From an uncultured Polynucleobacter sp. (GTDB lineage: Bacteria; Bdellovibrionota_B; Oligoflexia; Oligoflexales; RGVZ01): a stretch of DNA of 64,000 nucleotides. Positions 18,862-29,428 of this stretch are shown in pieces. A program made the translations under genes and the position numbers. How positions within the stretch are numbered: the first letter of the stretch is position 1; every line of letters begins with the position of its first letter. The notes under the pieces are model-generated. The model was not told the DNA's origin and made no database searches. It worked only from the letters and a program-made list of their open reading frames with translations. The stretch covers positions 8,599 through 72,598 of the forward strand of contig CAYOEM010000004.1 in assembly GCA_964402975.1 (NCBI GenBank), written 5' to 3'.

Positions 18862-19869
18862 TTGGATGACATGTCACGAGAACTTATAAAAGTAAAATCT
18901 ACAGAGGACGGCTTACATATTGCCGACTCGATTTTATGGCTCGACTCACAGCTTTCGGGTGACTTGTCGTTCTTATCTTCGGCGTCAGCGCTTTCACAGA
19001 CAAAAGTTCCGCAGGTTATCGCCACCGAAGAAACTGTAAAAATTCTTGAGGCCTGCAGGAAAAAACCTCACGCTCTGGTTTGTCAATACAATCGACCATT
19101 TTCGATTGGTCGATTAAAAATGGAACTGCTGCCCTCGGGAAGCGTTTTAGGTGGAGCCAGCCTCTTTGTGGAGACGGACAAAGGGCGGGTTCTATATGCG
19201 CCGTGTTTACAGCCAAATTCAATCGCCACAGTGCGGAAGATGCAGGTCAAAAAAGCTAACGTGCTTATTCTTGGGGCGTTTCATCCTGACCCCAATCAAT
19301 CATTACCAAATCGGCGCAAAGAAAAAGAACGCCTAGCAACGGCTGTAAAGCAGCACCTAGCCGAAGGCCGCACCCCCGTTATCTTGTGTGATCCGATTGC
19401 AACGGCCCAAGAGATCACGAAACTTTTAAACGAATCAAGCGTGCCTGTGGCCGTACATCCAACAATTTATAGAATTAATCGTGTTTACGAGTCCTGTGGA
19501 TCCATGCTGGGTCATTACGCTGTTGTCGGCAAACGACACTCTGGCACACGGGTACTGATTTTGCCAAAGTCGCGCAGGTCCACCAACGTGTCACCCATCA
19601 AGGACCATGCGGGCCCATTTCTGACGATTGAGGACGCGCTGCCGCAGTTTCGTCGCGATACTGCCGATGCATTCCAGACAAAAGTGATGGACACCTTTTA
19701 TCTTTCCTCTCATTGTGACGGCCCTGAACTAAAATCAATCATCCAGACCGTTGCTCCCAGGGAGTTATACTTCTTTGGTCCCTATGCCAAACGATACGTG
19801 GACGAAATGGAAGACGCCGCTCCCAAAGTGCGCCCGCTATATGTGAATGACCAGCCAACACTCTTCTAA
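18862..19869 (+). CDS. Metallo-beta-lactamase/beta-CASP-fold-like protein with most metal-ligand positions substituted (probable pseudoenzyme)
   Basis: 335 aa. The motif order resembles ~330-aa beta-CASP nucleases, but the HxHxDH position reads LSSASA, 'GH' reads SGS, and 'GD' reads APC. The motif B-like SSHCDGPEL is retained. The start is ambiguous (TTG 18862 or ATG 18871). Confidence 0.55.
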   Translation: MDDMSRELIKVKSTEDGLHIADSILWLDSQLSGDLSFLSSASALSQTKVPQVIATEETVKILEACRKKPHALVCQYNRPFSIGRLKMELLPSGSVLGGASLFVETDKGRVLYAPCLQPNSIATVRKMQVKKANVLILGAFHPDPNQSLPNRRKEKERLATAVKQHLAEGRTPVILCDPIATAQEITKLLNESSVPVAVHPTIYRINRVYESCGSMLGHYAVVGKRHSGTRVLILPKSRRSTNVSPIKDHAGPFLTIEDALPQFRRDTADAFQTKVMDTFYLSSHCDGPELKSIIQTVAPRELYFFGPYAKRYVDEMEDAAPKVRPLYVNDQPTLF

Positions 19870-19970
19870 CTTGTCCTCATAATAAACAAGCGTGAATTTT
19901 GGCCCAAGAGGCTTAGCCGAGATATAATAGAGCCAAGGACGTGGTGTCCTCCTTTTTGCCTCAGACTTAG

Positions 19971-22361
19971 GTGGGCTCGTTGATGGCTAGGTTCTTCCAA
20001 TTGGCAGTTGATACAACGTCGCGGCTAAGTCACGCTTTTAATACAGACAATCGACGACAATTTGAGCGCGACGCCGCATTTTTGGTATTCGTCGGCTTTA
20101 GTTTGTTTCTACTTTTAGCACTAGTCTGCTTCCAGCCGTTTGAAAATTGGCTCTACAGTTCGGCGCAAATAAACCAAAGATCGCACAATCTCGCTGGTCC
20201 AAGCGGAAATTCGATGGCAGGCGTTCTGCTGTTTTATATGGGATTATCGGCATTCACACTGCCTGCACTTATCATCCAGATTGGTGCCCAGTTGCGGGGC
20301 GCGAACCTTAAACAAACCCTTATACCCATTGTAGCAGGTTGGCTGACCTTGCTCATGTCGCTGATGCCGTTGTTGGCGTCTATTGAGCCGACACTGCCTA
20401 TTAGAGGCGTAGGGTTGGCAAGTGGCGGCGCTATTGGTAGCGCATTTCTTCTTAGCCTTAAAAACAGTGCTGGCCCTGTCGGCACTCACATCATCCTGTG
20501 GACCGCGTTAGCGGCCTCTCTCATTTTAATTAGTCGATCTGAGCTATCAGATATCCTGACGTTCGGGCCTCTTCAGGTGATCCGCAAAAAAAGCGGCGCG
20601 ACCAAGACTGAAAACGTCACGTCGGGAGAAAAAGTCGACGGCGGCGTCGCAGATGTGCTGCCATCCACCATATTAGACAGTGCACAGGCCGCAAGTGCTG
20701 CCTGGTCTGTTGTGTCATCTGAGGCAGCATTAGATAGTCACGCGCCCCACGTGGCTAGAGAACATCAGCCCAATTCATCAGACTTTGATGCGCCGATTGT
20801 AGACATTGATGAAACGGTCCATGGTGTATCAAACGGAGCCAACGATACGGTGGCGGCTGCTAGCCTCGACGACTTCGCACCACAGCGACCCTACATCACG
20901 CCGTCCCTAGAAACCTTTCGACGAGCCGACGAACGAAATACGCCAACTCTCAGTCAAAAAGAACTGGAGGCTACCGGCGCCGTCCTTACAAAAACCCTGT
21001 CCGAATTCGGAATCGAGGGTCGTATTGTTGGTTGGCAACCAGGCCCCGTGGTAACTGTTTATGAATATCAACCTGACGCAGGCATCAAGCAATCAAAAAT
21101 TCTCTCGCTGATGGACGATCTTGCACTGTCTCTTAAAGTTGACAGCATCTTCATTAATCCGGTTCCGGGCAAACGGGCCCTCGGCATACAGGTGCCAAAT
21201 CAACGACGTGAAACCGTTTATCTTGGTGACATCCTGGCAAGTGATCATTTCCAAAAAAGTCCCTCACCAATGACTTTTGCTATGGGCAAAACCATCAACG
21301 GCCAACCATTCACGGCCGATCTTACAACCATGCCACACTTGCTAGCTGCCGGCGCAACCGGAACTGGCAAAAGTGTGGGAATCAATAGCTTACTATGTAG
21401 TGTTATTATGAAGTCTTCACCGGAAGACGTGCGTATGATTTTGGTTGATCCAAAAATGCTGGAGCTCAGCGTTTATGATGGAATTCCACATCTCTTGATG
21501 CCGGTGATCACCGAGCCTGACCGAGCGTCGTCCGCACTGAAGTGGGCGGCGAACGAGATGGAGCGTCGATACAAAATCATGCAACACGCTCAAGTGCGAA
21601 ACATCGCAGGCTTCAATGCATTTTGGGAGGGCGCCTCAGATACTCGAAAAGAGCAGATACGCGGGCTAATGAATGACAATCACATCACGCGCCTTCCGTA
21701 TATTTTGCTGGTCATCGATGAATTGGCTGACCTCATGCTAACGGCGCCGAAGGATGTCGAAAGCAGTATTCAACGCTTGGCACAAAAGGCGCGAGCATCG
21801 GGCATCCACATGGTGCTGGCGACTCAAAGACCCTCTGTCGACGTCATCACGGGAGTAATTAAGGCCAACCTACCATGTCGACTTTCATTCCAAGTAGTCA
21901 GTAAGCATGACAGCCGTACCATCCTAGACCAAATGGGCGCCGAAAAGCTGCTGGGCCGCGGCGACTTACTTTTACAAAGGCCGGGTGTTGGTCGTCTAGA
22001 GAGGCTGCAGGGTGCACTTGTTAGTGATGAGGAGGTTTTGGCGCTTGTGGCAGAAACCAAACGCAACTACGACGTCGTATATGACGAACGCGCCATGACC
22101 TGGATTGACCAAGAAGTCACACGTAACGCCGGAATCGACGATCTTGCGGACGGCGCTGGAGCATCCGCCGCGAGTGACCCTAAATGGGAGGATGCCATAA
22201 ACATCGCTCGCACTCACGGTGTCGTAAGTGCCAGCTTTCTGCAAAGGCATCTTCAGATCGGTTACAACCGAGCAGCTAGAATCGTCGAAGGCATGGAAGC
22301 CAAAAACCTCGTGGCGAAAGCCGAGGGCTCCAAGCCGCGCAAGTGGCTGGGTGGGATCTGA
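19971..22361 (+). CDS. ftsK: DNA translocase FtsK
   Basis: 796 aa. N-terminal TM helices, a low-complexity linker, a motor domain with Walker A AGATGTGKS and Walker B LLVIDELADL, and a C-terminal gamma/winged-helix region (LQIGYNRAARIVEGME). ATG at 19983 is an alternative start. Confidence 0.9.
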   Translation: MGSLMARFFQLAVDTTSRLSHAFNTDNRRQFERDAAFLVFVGFSLFLLLALVCFQPFENWLYSSAQINQRSHNLAGPSGNSMAGVLLFYMGLSAFTLPALIIQIGAQLRGANLKQTLIPIVAGWLTLLMSLMPLLASIEPTLPIRGVGLASGGAIGSAFLLSLKNSAGPVGTHIILWTALAASLILISRSELSDILTFGPLQVIRKKSGATKTENVTSGEKVDGGVADVLPSTILDSAQAASAAWSVVSSEAALDSHAPHVAREHQPNSSDFDAPIVDIDETVHGVSNGANDTVAAASLDDFAPQRPYITPSLETFRRADERNTPTLSQKELEATGAVLTKTLSEFGIEGRIVGWQPGPVVTVYEYQPDAGIKQSKILSLMDDLALSLKVDSIFINPVPGKRALGIQVPNQRRETVYLGDILASDHFQKSPSPMTFAMGKTINGQPFTADLTTMPHLLAAGATGTGKSVGINSLLCSVIMKSSPEDVRMILVDPKMLELSVYDGIPHLLMPVITEPDRASSALKWAANEMERRYKIMQHAQVRNIAGFNAFWEGASDTRKEQIRGLMNDNHITRLPYILLVIDELADLMLTAPKDVESSIQRLAQKARASGIHMVLATQRPSVDVITGVIKANLPCRLSFQVVSKHDSRTILDQMGAEKLLGRGDLLLQRPGVGRLERLQGALVSDEEVLALVAETKRNYDVVYDERAMTWIDQEVTRNAGIDDLADGAGASAASDPKWEDAINIARTHGVVSASFLQRHLQIGYNRAARIVEGMEAKNLVAKAEGSKPRKWLGGI

Positions 22362-22366
22362 AAACT

Positions 22367-23443
22367 TTAGGGCATCAGTCCGTTTAGCAGTTTATCCAGA
22401 TCTGCCGACATGCGCTGTATTGAAAATGCTTTTTGAGCCATCAAGGCTCTTATTTGTCGGTCCTTTTTCGACTCGCAATGCCCCGCACAAAGCCACCTGT
22501 AGAACGTATCAATTCCAGCGACGGGATCATGATGATCGTAGGATGTTCCAAATGTCTCATTTGTGAAAATCTCTGGCAACGAACCAACTGATGTTGTTAA
22601 GACCGGCGTTCCACACATGAGAAACTCCTGTGCAACCCTACAAATTATTTCACTGCCGATACTAGAGACCAAGCCCAAAGACGCCCCAGACATCAGTGCT
22701 GCGACGTCCTGAACTCGCTCGCATTGTATTATGACATCATCATTAGATAGCCCTAAAGACTCGGCCGTGACGCGAATATGCGTCTCAGAGATGTTGGCCG
22801 GCAATCCAACGATTCGCAACCGAGGACGCGGATCTCCTTTTGTTTTGGACGTCTCAATAATTTTTTTGAAAAAAGGTAGGAACTCCCTGTGGCCTTTAAC
22901 GGGGTCCAGTCGTCCGAAAATCAAAATCTCCGGACGTCCGCTTCGATTTGTATCGCTAAAATAAAAAGTCTTTTGATCGCAGCCGAGGGTAATAACGTTA
23001 ACACTACAGCCAAGCAGCTTTTCTAGCGGCTCGGCTACCACGCGAGACGGTGCTATCACCTTGCGAACGTGTTGGTGTGCAAGGCGGGTTATAAAGCCGC
23101 GCGGAATCCCTCGATCCTCTACGCGCTGTCCATAAAATCGAATTATTTTTTGTCCCGGTTTAAAAAAAAGAGCCGCGGTTGTTTCAGGTCCGCCGTAAGA
23201 GAAAATAAAATCGGGAGCAAGCTTCGCCGACATCGCGACCAGCCTCGCATAGGAGGAGGGCCCAAAGTGATCAATACTCTCAAGACTAAAATTTAAAACA
23301 TCAAATCTGGATTCTGCTGGACTGCCTTTTAGTGATGTCACAACCTGTTGCGCACCCAAATCGCTGAGGGCGCGAGCTGTACTTATTGCGTATTCGCTAA
23401 TAGCGCTATTCCACCGGTTCGAGATGAGATGCCAAACCTTCAT
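22367..23443 (-). CDS. Glycosyltransferase, GT-B fold (GT1/GT4 family)
   Basis: 358 aa. Typical GT4 layout, with C-terminal ...SSIGSEIICRVAQEFLMCGTPVLTTSVGSLPE (E-x7-E-like region). 4-nt overlap with the upstream GT2 gene. Confidence 0.75.
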   Translation of the reverse strand: MKVWHLISNRWNSAISEYAISTARALSDLGAQQVVTSLKGSPAESRFDVLNFSLESIDHFGPSSYARLVAMSAKLAPDFIFSYGGPETTAALFFKPGQKIIRFYGQRVEDRGIPRGFITRLAHQHVRKVIAPSRVVAEPLEKLLGCSVNVITLGCDQKTFYFSDTNRSGRPEILIFGRLDPVKGHREFLPFFKKIIETSKTKGDPRPRLRIVGLPANISETHIRVTAESLGLSNDDVIIQCERVQDVAALMSGASLGLVSSIGSEIICRVAQEFLMCGTPVLTTSVGSLPEIFTNETFGTSYDHHDPVAGIDTFYRWLCAGHCESKKDRQIRALMAQKAFSIQRMSADLDKLLNGLMP

Positions 23444-24246
23444 GCGGAAACCTTATCTGAAATTTCCTTGATCTTGGCATATTTTACGAAGCTGTAAAAA
23501 CTTGAAAGTGACGCCCACAAGAAGCCGGGCCAACCATCTAGAAAACCCAACTTAACGACATAGCGTATAAAAAAATCCGCCGGTAGACGGGCCGCTATGA
23601 TTAAAACGCTGGGCGAAACTCGATCGTCCCTCCAGCGCGTTGTCGCCATCATGGAGGTGTAACGATTGAACTTAGAAAAGTAATCCTCTAGGTCGTGATA
23701 ACTCTGGTGCCAAAGCACCCCGTCAAGGCGTTTAAGGCTGACTTCCGGCGCAACCATGAGCTTTTCGTGAATTTCATTCTGATACGCGGCAGTGTGTGAT
23801 TTAAAGAGTCTGACAACCTTATCGCGGGTTCTTCCAAACCGCATCTTGCGATCAAGAAAGATGAGTTGGCGCCTCAATTCAAAAGCTAAATTTTCAATAG
23901 CCGGTTGACTGGTGACTTGGCCGATAGCCTGCCACAAATCAGGATCCGGCACCTCGTCGGCATCTAGAACCAGCGTCCAGCGCCTGGTCGATAGAGACAT
24001 GGCATAATTTTTTTGACTGGCGTAATTGTCAAAGGCTCGGAACTCAACCCTTGCCCCAAAATCTTTCGCTACTGACGTCGTTTTGTCCGTGCTTCCACTA
24101 TCAACAATTATGATCTCAGCAAACTTGGGCACAACGTCCAAAAGTTTGGACAAGTTTTTTTCTTCATTTAGGGTAATGATCACAATTGACAGGTCAGCAA
24201 AGATCCCGTCAGCTATTAATCCTGATTTGTGAACGATGCCGCCCAT
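23440..24246 (-). CDS. Family 2 glycosyltransferase, WaaE/KdtX-like (LPS core type)
   Basis: 268 aa. LSIVIITLNEEKNL...IIIVDSGSTDKT...VLDADE and a C-terminal GFLDGWPGF, as in the WaaE-like GT2 family as I recall it. Confidence 0.8.
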   Translation of the reverse strand: MGGIVHKSGLIADGIFADLSIVIITLNEEKNLSKLLDVVPKFAEIIIVDSGSTDKTTSVAKDFGARVEFRAFDNYASQKNYAMSLSTRRWTLVLDADEVPDPDLWQAIGQVTSQPAIENLAFELRRQLIFLDRKMRFGRTRDKVVRLFKSHTAAYQNEIHEKLMVAPEVSLKRLDGVLWHQSYHDLEDYFSKFNRYTSMMATTRWRDDRVSPSVLIIAARLPADFFIRYVVKLGFLDGWPGFLWASLSSFYSFVKYAKIKEISDKVSA

Positions 24247-24584
24247 TGTAAGCTACTTGAGCGACTGTCGATGTTAACGATGACCGGATAACCTTTGCGC
24301 ACTGTTTGGCGCGCGTTGGAGACTGTAATAACCGCGAAGTTTCCGCGTCTTTTAATAATCCGACCAGTGGCTATTGGCCTAGCCTTTTCGTCCAAAACTC
24401 GGACCTGATCCCCAACCATTCCGTCTTCTAGGCGGACAACACAGCGCTCGCCATTGCCCGCACAACTGTACACAGTAGCGGCTTCACTGATTCCTGCCAA
24501 CATGAAACCAAGGAATACGCCGGCTAACGCTAGCTGACGTTTAAAGCGACTTAATCTTGAACCAGTACTGAATAGCTTTTTCAT
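24216..24584 (-). CDS. Small exported protein, function unknown
   Basis: 122 aa. Signal-peptide-like N-terminus (KRQLALAGVFLGFMLAGISEAA). First gene of the GT2-GT1 minus-strand unit, overlapping the GT2 start by 31 nt. Confidence 0.5.
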   Translation of the reverse strand: MKKLFSTGSRLSRFKRQLALAGVFLGFMLAGISEAATVYSCAGNGERCVVRLEDGMVGDQVRVLDEKARPIATGRIIKRRGNFAVITVSNARQTVRKGYPVIVNIDSRSSSLQWAASFTNQD

Positions 24585-24900
24585 AACTCAACTCCCACTT
24601 CCGCATTCTGCAATTAACAACAACAGCTTTATTCCACCAAGAATCGACAGGCTTTGTTATCTTCGATGCCCACATGAAACCATTGTCCGCCCGAGCCGCA
24701 GAGTCTAGGCTGCGGCCTCAGCACCATATGAGCAAACTTTATACCAAGAGATAATCTTATTTATTTCAATAGGTTACAAATCCATGCCCATTCAAAAATT
24801 AAGTCACGTGTTAGCTTCGTTGACACCTCCACGGCACTCCCATAAAGTTCTGGAATAATTTGTTTTTTGGGCGGCCAACAGCTCGGTTCAAGCCGCCCTT

Positions 24901-26034
24901 GTGGGAGTAGACTTGGCAAACGTGACCGCGGAAAACAGAAAGACACCCCTCTACAACATGCACGTTCAAGCTGGCGCCAAAATGGTGCCTTTTGGGGGCT
25001 GGCTCATGCCGGTGAGCTACACGAGTGTTCTGGCCGAACACAAAGCCGTGCGGCAGGCGTGTGGTATTTTCGATGTCAGCCACATGGGCGAGATTCGGGT
25101 CACGGGTAAGGATGCCGCCCGATTTTTACAGTGGTTAACGATTAATGATGTTTCTCGTTTGAACGCTGGAGCTGGACAGTATAGCGCCATTCTTAACGAC
25201 GCGGGTGGCATGATTGACGACCTGATCATCTACAAGATCAACGAGGATGAATTCTTTATTTGCGTCAACGCGTCTAATCGCCAAAAGGATTTCGAATGGA
25301 TTCGCGAAAAGTCTCGCGACTTCCAAGTGACGGTTGCTGACGAGAGCGATCAGTGGGCGCAAATTGCAGTGCAAGGACCAAACTCTCTGGCCGCCCTGTC
25401 TTCGCTACTTCAAGCTGATGAGGTCGTCTCGTTAAAAAATCTAGGCTACACTCACATCATGAAAAGCCGCCTTGGGGGTGGAAGCGCCTTCATTGCCAGA
25501 ACCGGCTATACAGGTGAGTTCGGCTTTGAAATTTACCTTCCCGCCGAAAGCGCTAAGTCCGTGTGGGCCGCTCTTTATGAGCTCGCGGGAAAGCACGGAG
25601 TGGTGCCGGTCGGGCTTGGCGCCCGCGATACCCTTCGTCTCGAAGCCTGTTACTTGTTGTATGGCAACGACATGAATGAAGGCGTCTCGCCATTAGAGGC
25701 CGGCATTTCCTGGGCTACAAAACTAGACAAAGGCGACTTCATTGGTCGGAATACCTTGCTCGCACAAAAGAGTTCGGGAGTGAAACGCCGAATGATCGCT
25801 TTTACGATGACGGATGAGGGGATTCCTCGACACGGCATGCCGATGTTTGCAAATGGGCGCCGAGTTGGCGAAGTTACCAGTGGCTCTGTACTTCCAACAG
25901 TCGGCGGTGCTGGGGGAATGGCCTTGGTAGACAGCTCTCTTGCGGACGGCGAATCGATTTCAGTGGAGATTCGGGGCCATCAAAAGCTTGCTAAAATTGT
26001 CCGTCGCCCACTTTACGCAGCTCGAACGAAATAA
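24901..26034 (+). CDS. gcvT: Glycine cleavage system T protein (aminomethyltransferase)
   Basis: KTPLYNMHVQAGAKMVPFGGWLMPVSY and ARDTLRLEA motifs. The start is uncertain: in-frame GTG 24901, TTG 24913 (GGGAG 5 nt upstream) or GTG 24922. Confidence 0.9.
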   Translation: MGVDLANVTAENRKTPLYNMHVQAGAKMVPFGGWLMPVSYTSVLAEHKAVRQACGIFDVSHMGEIRVTGKDAARFLQWLTINDVSRLNAGAGQYSAILNDAGGMIDDLIIYKINEDEFFICVNASNRQKDFEWIREKSRDFQVTVADESDQWAQIAVQGPNSLAALSSLLQADEVVSLKNLGYTHIMKSRLGGGSAFIARTGYTGEFGFEIYLPAESAKSVWAALYELAGKHGVVPVGLGARDTLRLEACYLLYGNDMNEGVSPLEAGISWATKLDKGDFIGRNTLLAQKSSGVKRRMIAFTMTDEGIPRHGMPMFANGRRVGEVTSGSVLPTVGGAGGMALVDSSLADGESISVEIRGHQKLAKIVRRPLYAARTK

Positions 26035-26055
26035 AATAATTTCTGGAGGATCATC

Positions 26056-26436
26056 ATGGAGTTTCCGACTAATTTCAAATACACAAAAGATCACGAATGG
26101 ATCGATGTGCAGGGCAAAACGGGCACTGTAGGCGTGACTGCCTACGCCGTGGAACAGCTCGGCGACATCGTATTTGTCGATTTACCCGAAGCAGGAAAAT
26201 CCTATAAGGCCGGCGATTCATTCGGAACAATTGAATCGACAAAAACAGTGAGTGATCTATATATGCCGGTTTCTGGCAAGGTAACTGCTGTTAACACCGC
26301 CCTCAAGGGCGCCCCTGAAAGCCTACAAGGTGACACCTATAAAAACGGCTGGCTCATCAAAATCGAGATGGACAACCCATCAGACGCGTCGGGTCTCTTG
26401 GACGCAAAGGCCTACGAGTCATTCATAAAAGAGTAG
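26056..26436 (+). CDS. gcvH: Glycine cleavage system H protein
   Basis: 126 aa. YTKDHEWI and the lipoyl-Lys motif ESTKTVSDLY. Confidence 0.95.
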   Translation: MEFPTNFKYTKDHEWIDVQGKTGTVGVTAYAVEQLGDIVFVDLPEAGKSYKAGDSFGTIESTKTVSDLYMPVSGKVTAVNTALKGAPESLQGDTYKNGWLIKIEMDNPSDASGLLDAKAYESFIKE

Positions 26437-26452
26437 GGAGCTCTAAGCTCCC
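26436..26452. terminator. Hairpin between convergent gcvH and gcvP (possible bidirectional terminator)
   Basis: GGGAGC-tctaa-GCTCCC. It overlaps the gcvH stop. There is only a weak T tract on the minus side. Confidence 0.3.
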
Positions 26453-26469
26453 GCTAAAGCTCGCTTACC

Positions 26470-29337
26470 TTATTGGTACTCCGATATGTCAGGACACGTA
26501 CAGACGAGATTTCTGTCGCCTAGTGCATTGTCAATACGAGCCACCGATGGCCAAAACTTTCTAGACCGAGTCCATGGCGCAGGAAAGGCGGCCACCGATC
26601 TAGAATAGGGTAGGTCCCACTGGTCCCCGGCAATCATGGAAGACGTGTGCGGGGCTTGCTTTAACGGGTTTAAGGTTTTGTCCCATTCGCCGCGAGAGAT
26701 TTTGTCTATTTCTGACTTGATGCTAATCATCGCGTCGCAGAAGCGGTCGAGCTCAGCCTTGCTTTCACTCTCTGTTGGCTCAATCATAAGGGTGTTCGCC
26801 ACTGGGAATGAAACCGTTGGCGCGTGAAATCCATAGTCCATTAAACGTTTGGCGATATCCTCTACCTCAATACCGGTCTGCGCTTTAAAACCACGGATAT
26901 CGACGATGCACTCATGTGCGACAAGACCAGATTGTCCTCTATAAAGAACCGGGAAGTGTTGATCAAGTTTTTGCGCAATGTAATTTGCATTCATGATGGC
27001 GATTTGAGTGGCTTTCTTAAGACCACTCTCGCCCATCATTCGTATATACATCCAAGATATAGGCAATATACTTGCGCTTCCCCACTGTGCTGCTGATACG
27101 GCAAAAGAATGGCGCCCACCAACCATCTCTGAAAGCGGGTGACCTGGCAAGTAATCAACTAAATGTTTGGCCACACCGATAGGGCCCATACCGGGGCCGC
27201 CTCCGCCATGAGGAATACAAAATGTTTTATGCAGATTCAAGTGACACACATCAGGACCGAAGTCTCCGGGGCGACAGAGTCCAACCTGGGCATTCATGTT
27301 GGCTCCGTCCATATAGACCTGCCCACCATGTCTATGAATAATTTCGCAAACCTCGCGAATACCCTCCTCAAAGACTCCGTGCGTCGAAGGATACGTCACC
27401 ATAAGACAAGCTAGATCACTGGCATTTTCGGCTGCCTTTTTCTGCAAGTCTGTAATGTCAATGTTGCCGTCTTCATCACAGCCAACAATCACGATTTTCA
27501 TTCCAGCCATTGCTGCGCTCGCCGGATTCGTGCCATGGGCTGACTGTGGTATCAGGCAGGTCTTGCGGTGCCCTTGACCTGTTGCTTTGAGATATGCGCG
27601 GATCACAAGAAGACCTGCGTACTCGCCCTGACTTCCGCTATTTGGCTGAAGGCTAATAGCGCTAAATCCAGTAATCTCGCACAACCACTGTTCTAGCTGC
27701 GCAAACATCTCCTGATATCCTGCAGACTGATCTTTGGGCACAAAAGGATGGAGCTTGCCAAATTCCGGCCAACTCACGGGCATCAATTCTGCCGCCGCAT
27801 TGAGCTTCATGGTACACGAACCCAAGGGGATCATGCTGGTTGTTAGCGACAAATCCTTGGACTCAAGACCCTTGATGTATCGCATCAATTGGGTTTCACT
27901 TCTGAAGCTTGAGAAAACTGCGCTTGCCAAGGGCGCTGTTGTGCGACGCAATTTTTCGGGAATGCCGCTGAGCGAAGACTGCGCCAAAGCGTCAACGTCG
28001 GCCTTACAGCCAAAAACATCCAACAAGTCGCGCAAGTCCGACGGTGTGACGGTCTCGTCGAATGCAATACCGATGACCTCGGGACTGTCGCATCGCAGAT
28101 TTATTTGTCGGCGCGCCGCTTCCGCCATCACGGTTTGACGTTGCTGTGGTGACAAAACGACACTAACCGTGTCAAAAAATGTCTCGCTGAGTAACTTGAA
28201 CCCAGATTTTTTAAGTCCAGCAGCGAAGACGGCGGCTGCCGCGTGTACTCTATTTGCAATATCCTTTAAGCCTTCGGGGCCATGATAACAGGCATACATA
28301 CTCGCCATAATTGCAAGAAGTGCCTGTGCCGTACAAATATTACTGGTCGCCTTTTCTCGCCTAATGTGTTGCTCGCGAGTTTGAAGGGCTAAGCGGTAAG
28401 CGTGACGCCCCTCTTTGTCTTTCGATACTCCAACTATACGCCCAGGCAACTTGCGTTTATGTTCTTCGGTCGTTGCCATAAATGCTGCATGAGGCCCGCC
28501 AAAGCCCATAGGTACGCCAAATCTCTGAGAATTGCCGATGGCAATATCTGCGCCCAAAGCACCCGGCGACTGAAGAACAACGAGGCCAAGAATGTCACAA
28601 GCCAGTGTTGTCACAACTTTGCGTTCACGAGCCCTCGTCAAAATATCTTTATAATCAACTAGACCGCCCATTGACTCAGGATACTGAAATATCGCGCCGA
28701 AACATCCTGAACCGGAAATAAAATCGGAATAGTCCCCAACAACAACATCGATGCCAAACGGCTCTGCTCGAGTCTTTACGAGAGCTACGGTTTGCGGATG
28801 GCAGGCTTTGGATACGAAGTATTTTTGAGCTGACTGATCCTGACGACCCGAGTAACTCATCATCATGGCTTCTGCCGCGGCAGTTGCTTCATCCAAAAGA
28901 CTTGCATTGGCAACTGGTAGTCCGGTTAGCTCAACGACCATCGTCTGAAAATTTAAGAGCGCCTCAAGGCGGCCCTGACTAATCTCAGCTTGGTAGGGCG
29001 TGTATTGTGTGTACCAACCTGGATTTTCAAGAATGTTTCTTTGAATCGGTGGCGGCACATTGGTTCCGTGATAACCCATACCGATAAAACTGCGCCAAAT
29101 CTTATTTCTGCTGGCGATCTGCTTAAGATTTTTTAGCGCCTCCTCCTCAGTAAGAGGTGAGGGAAGCTGAAGGGGCTTGCCCATTCTAATTCCCTTCGGA
29201 ACGGCCCGATCAGAAAGCTCCTCGAGGGAGCTGGCTTTGAGAGATGACAAGATCTGGGCCTGCTCTGACGGCGACGGTCCCAAATGGCGGTCCGAAAACT
29301 GTCTCAACTTATGTAGATCTGGCGAGATGGTACTCAT
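26470..29337 (-). CDS. gcvP: Glycine dehydrogenase (decarboxylating), single-chain P protein
   Basis: 955 aa, full-length fused alpha+beta type. PLP-Lys region [19 protein letters not shown]. Confidence 0.95.
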   Translation of the reverse strand: MSTISPDLHKLRQFSDRHLGPSPSEQAQILSSLKASSLEELSDRAVPKGIRMGKPLQLPSPLTEEEALKNLKQIASRNKIWRSFIGMGYHGTNVPPPIQRNILENPGWYTQYTPYQAEISQGRLEALLNFQTMVVELTGLPVANASLLDEATAAAEAMMMSYSGRQDQSAQKYFVSKACHPQTVALVKTRAEPFGIDVVVGDYSDFISGSGCFGAIFQYPESMGGLVDYKDILTRARERKVVTTLACDILGLVVLQSPGALGADIAIGNSQRFGVPMGFGGPHAAFMATTEEHKRKLPGRIVGVSKDKEGRHAYRLALQTREQHIRREKATSNICTAQALLAIMASMYACYHGPEGLKDIANRVHAAAAVFAAGLKKSGFKLLSETFFDTVSVVLSPQQRQTVMAEAARRQINLRCDSPEVIGIAFDETVTPSDLRDLLDVFGCKADVDALAQSSLSGIPEKLRRTTAPLASAVFSSFRSETQLMRYIKGLESKDLSLTTSMIPLGSCTMKLNAAAELMPVSWPEFGKLHPFVPKDQSAGYQEMFAQLEQWLCEITGFSAISLQPNSGSQGEYAGLLVIRAYLKATGQGHRKTCLIPQSAHGTNPASAAMAGMKIVIVGCDEDGNIDITDLQKKAAENASDLACLMVTYPSTHGVFEEGIREVCEIIHRHGGQVYMDGANMNAQVGLCRPGDFGPDVCHLNLHKTFCIPHGGGGPGMGPIGVAKHLVDYLPGHPLSEMVGGRHSFAVSAAQWGSASILPISWMYIRMMGESGLKKATQIAIMNANYIAQKLDQHFPVLYRGQSGLVAHECIVDIRGFKAQTGIEVEDIAKRLMDYGFHAPTVSFPVANTLMIEPTESESKAELDRFCDAMISIKSEIDKISRGEWDKTLNPLKQAPHTSSMIAGDQWDLPYSRSVAAFPAPWTRSRKFWPSVARIDNALGDRNLVCTCPDISEYQ

Positions 29338-29428
29338 AGGATATAAGGATCCCCCATAGGGCTTACAGTCAAAAGATGGGGCAAATTCTAGCCTTTTTTG
29401 CTGTTTTCCGCTGCGAAATTTTTTGAAG

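Noticed and set aside
24585-24900. Expected glycine riboswitch upstream of gcvT
   Set aside because: None of the conserved aptamer core sequences could be found on either strand by eye. It is reported only as an absence; see the gcvT leader finding.
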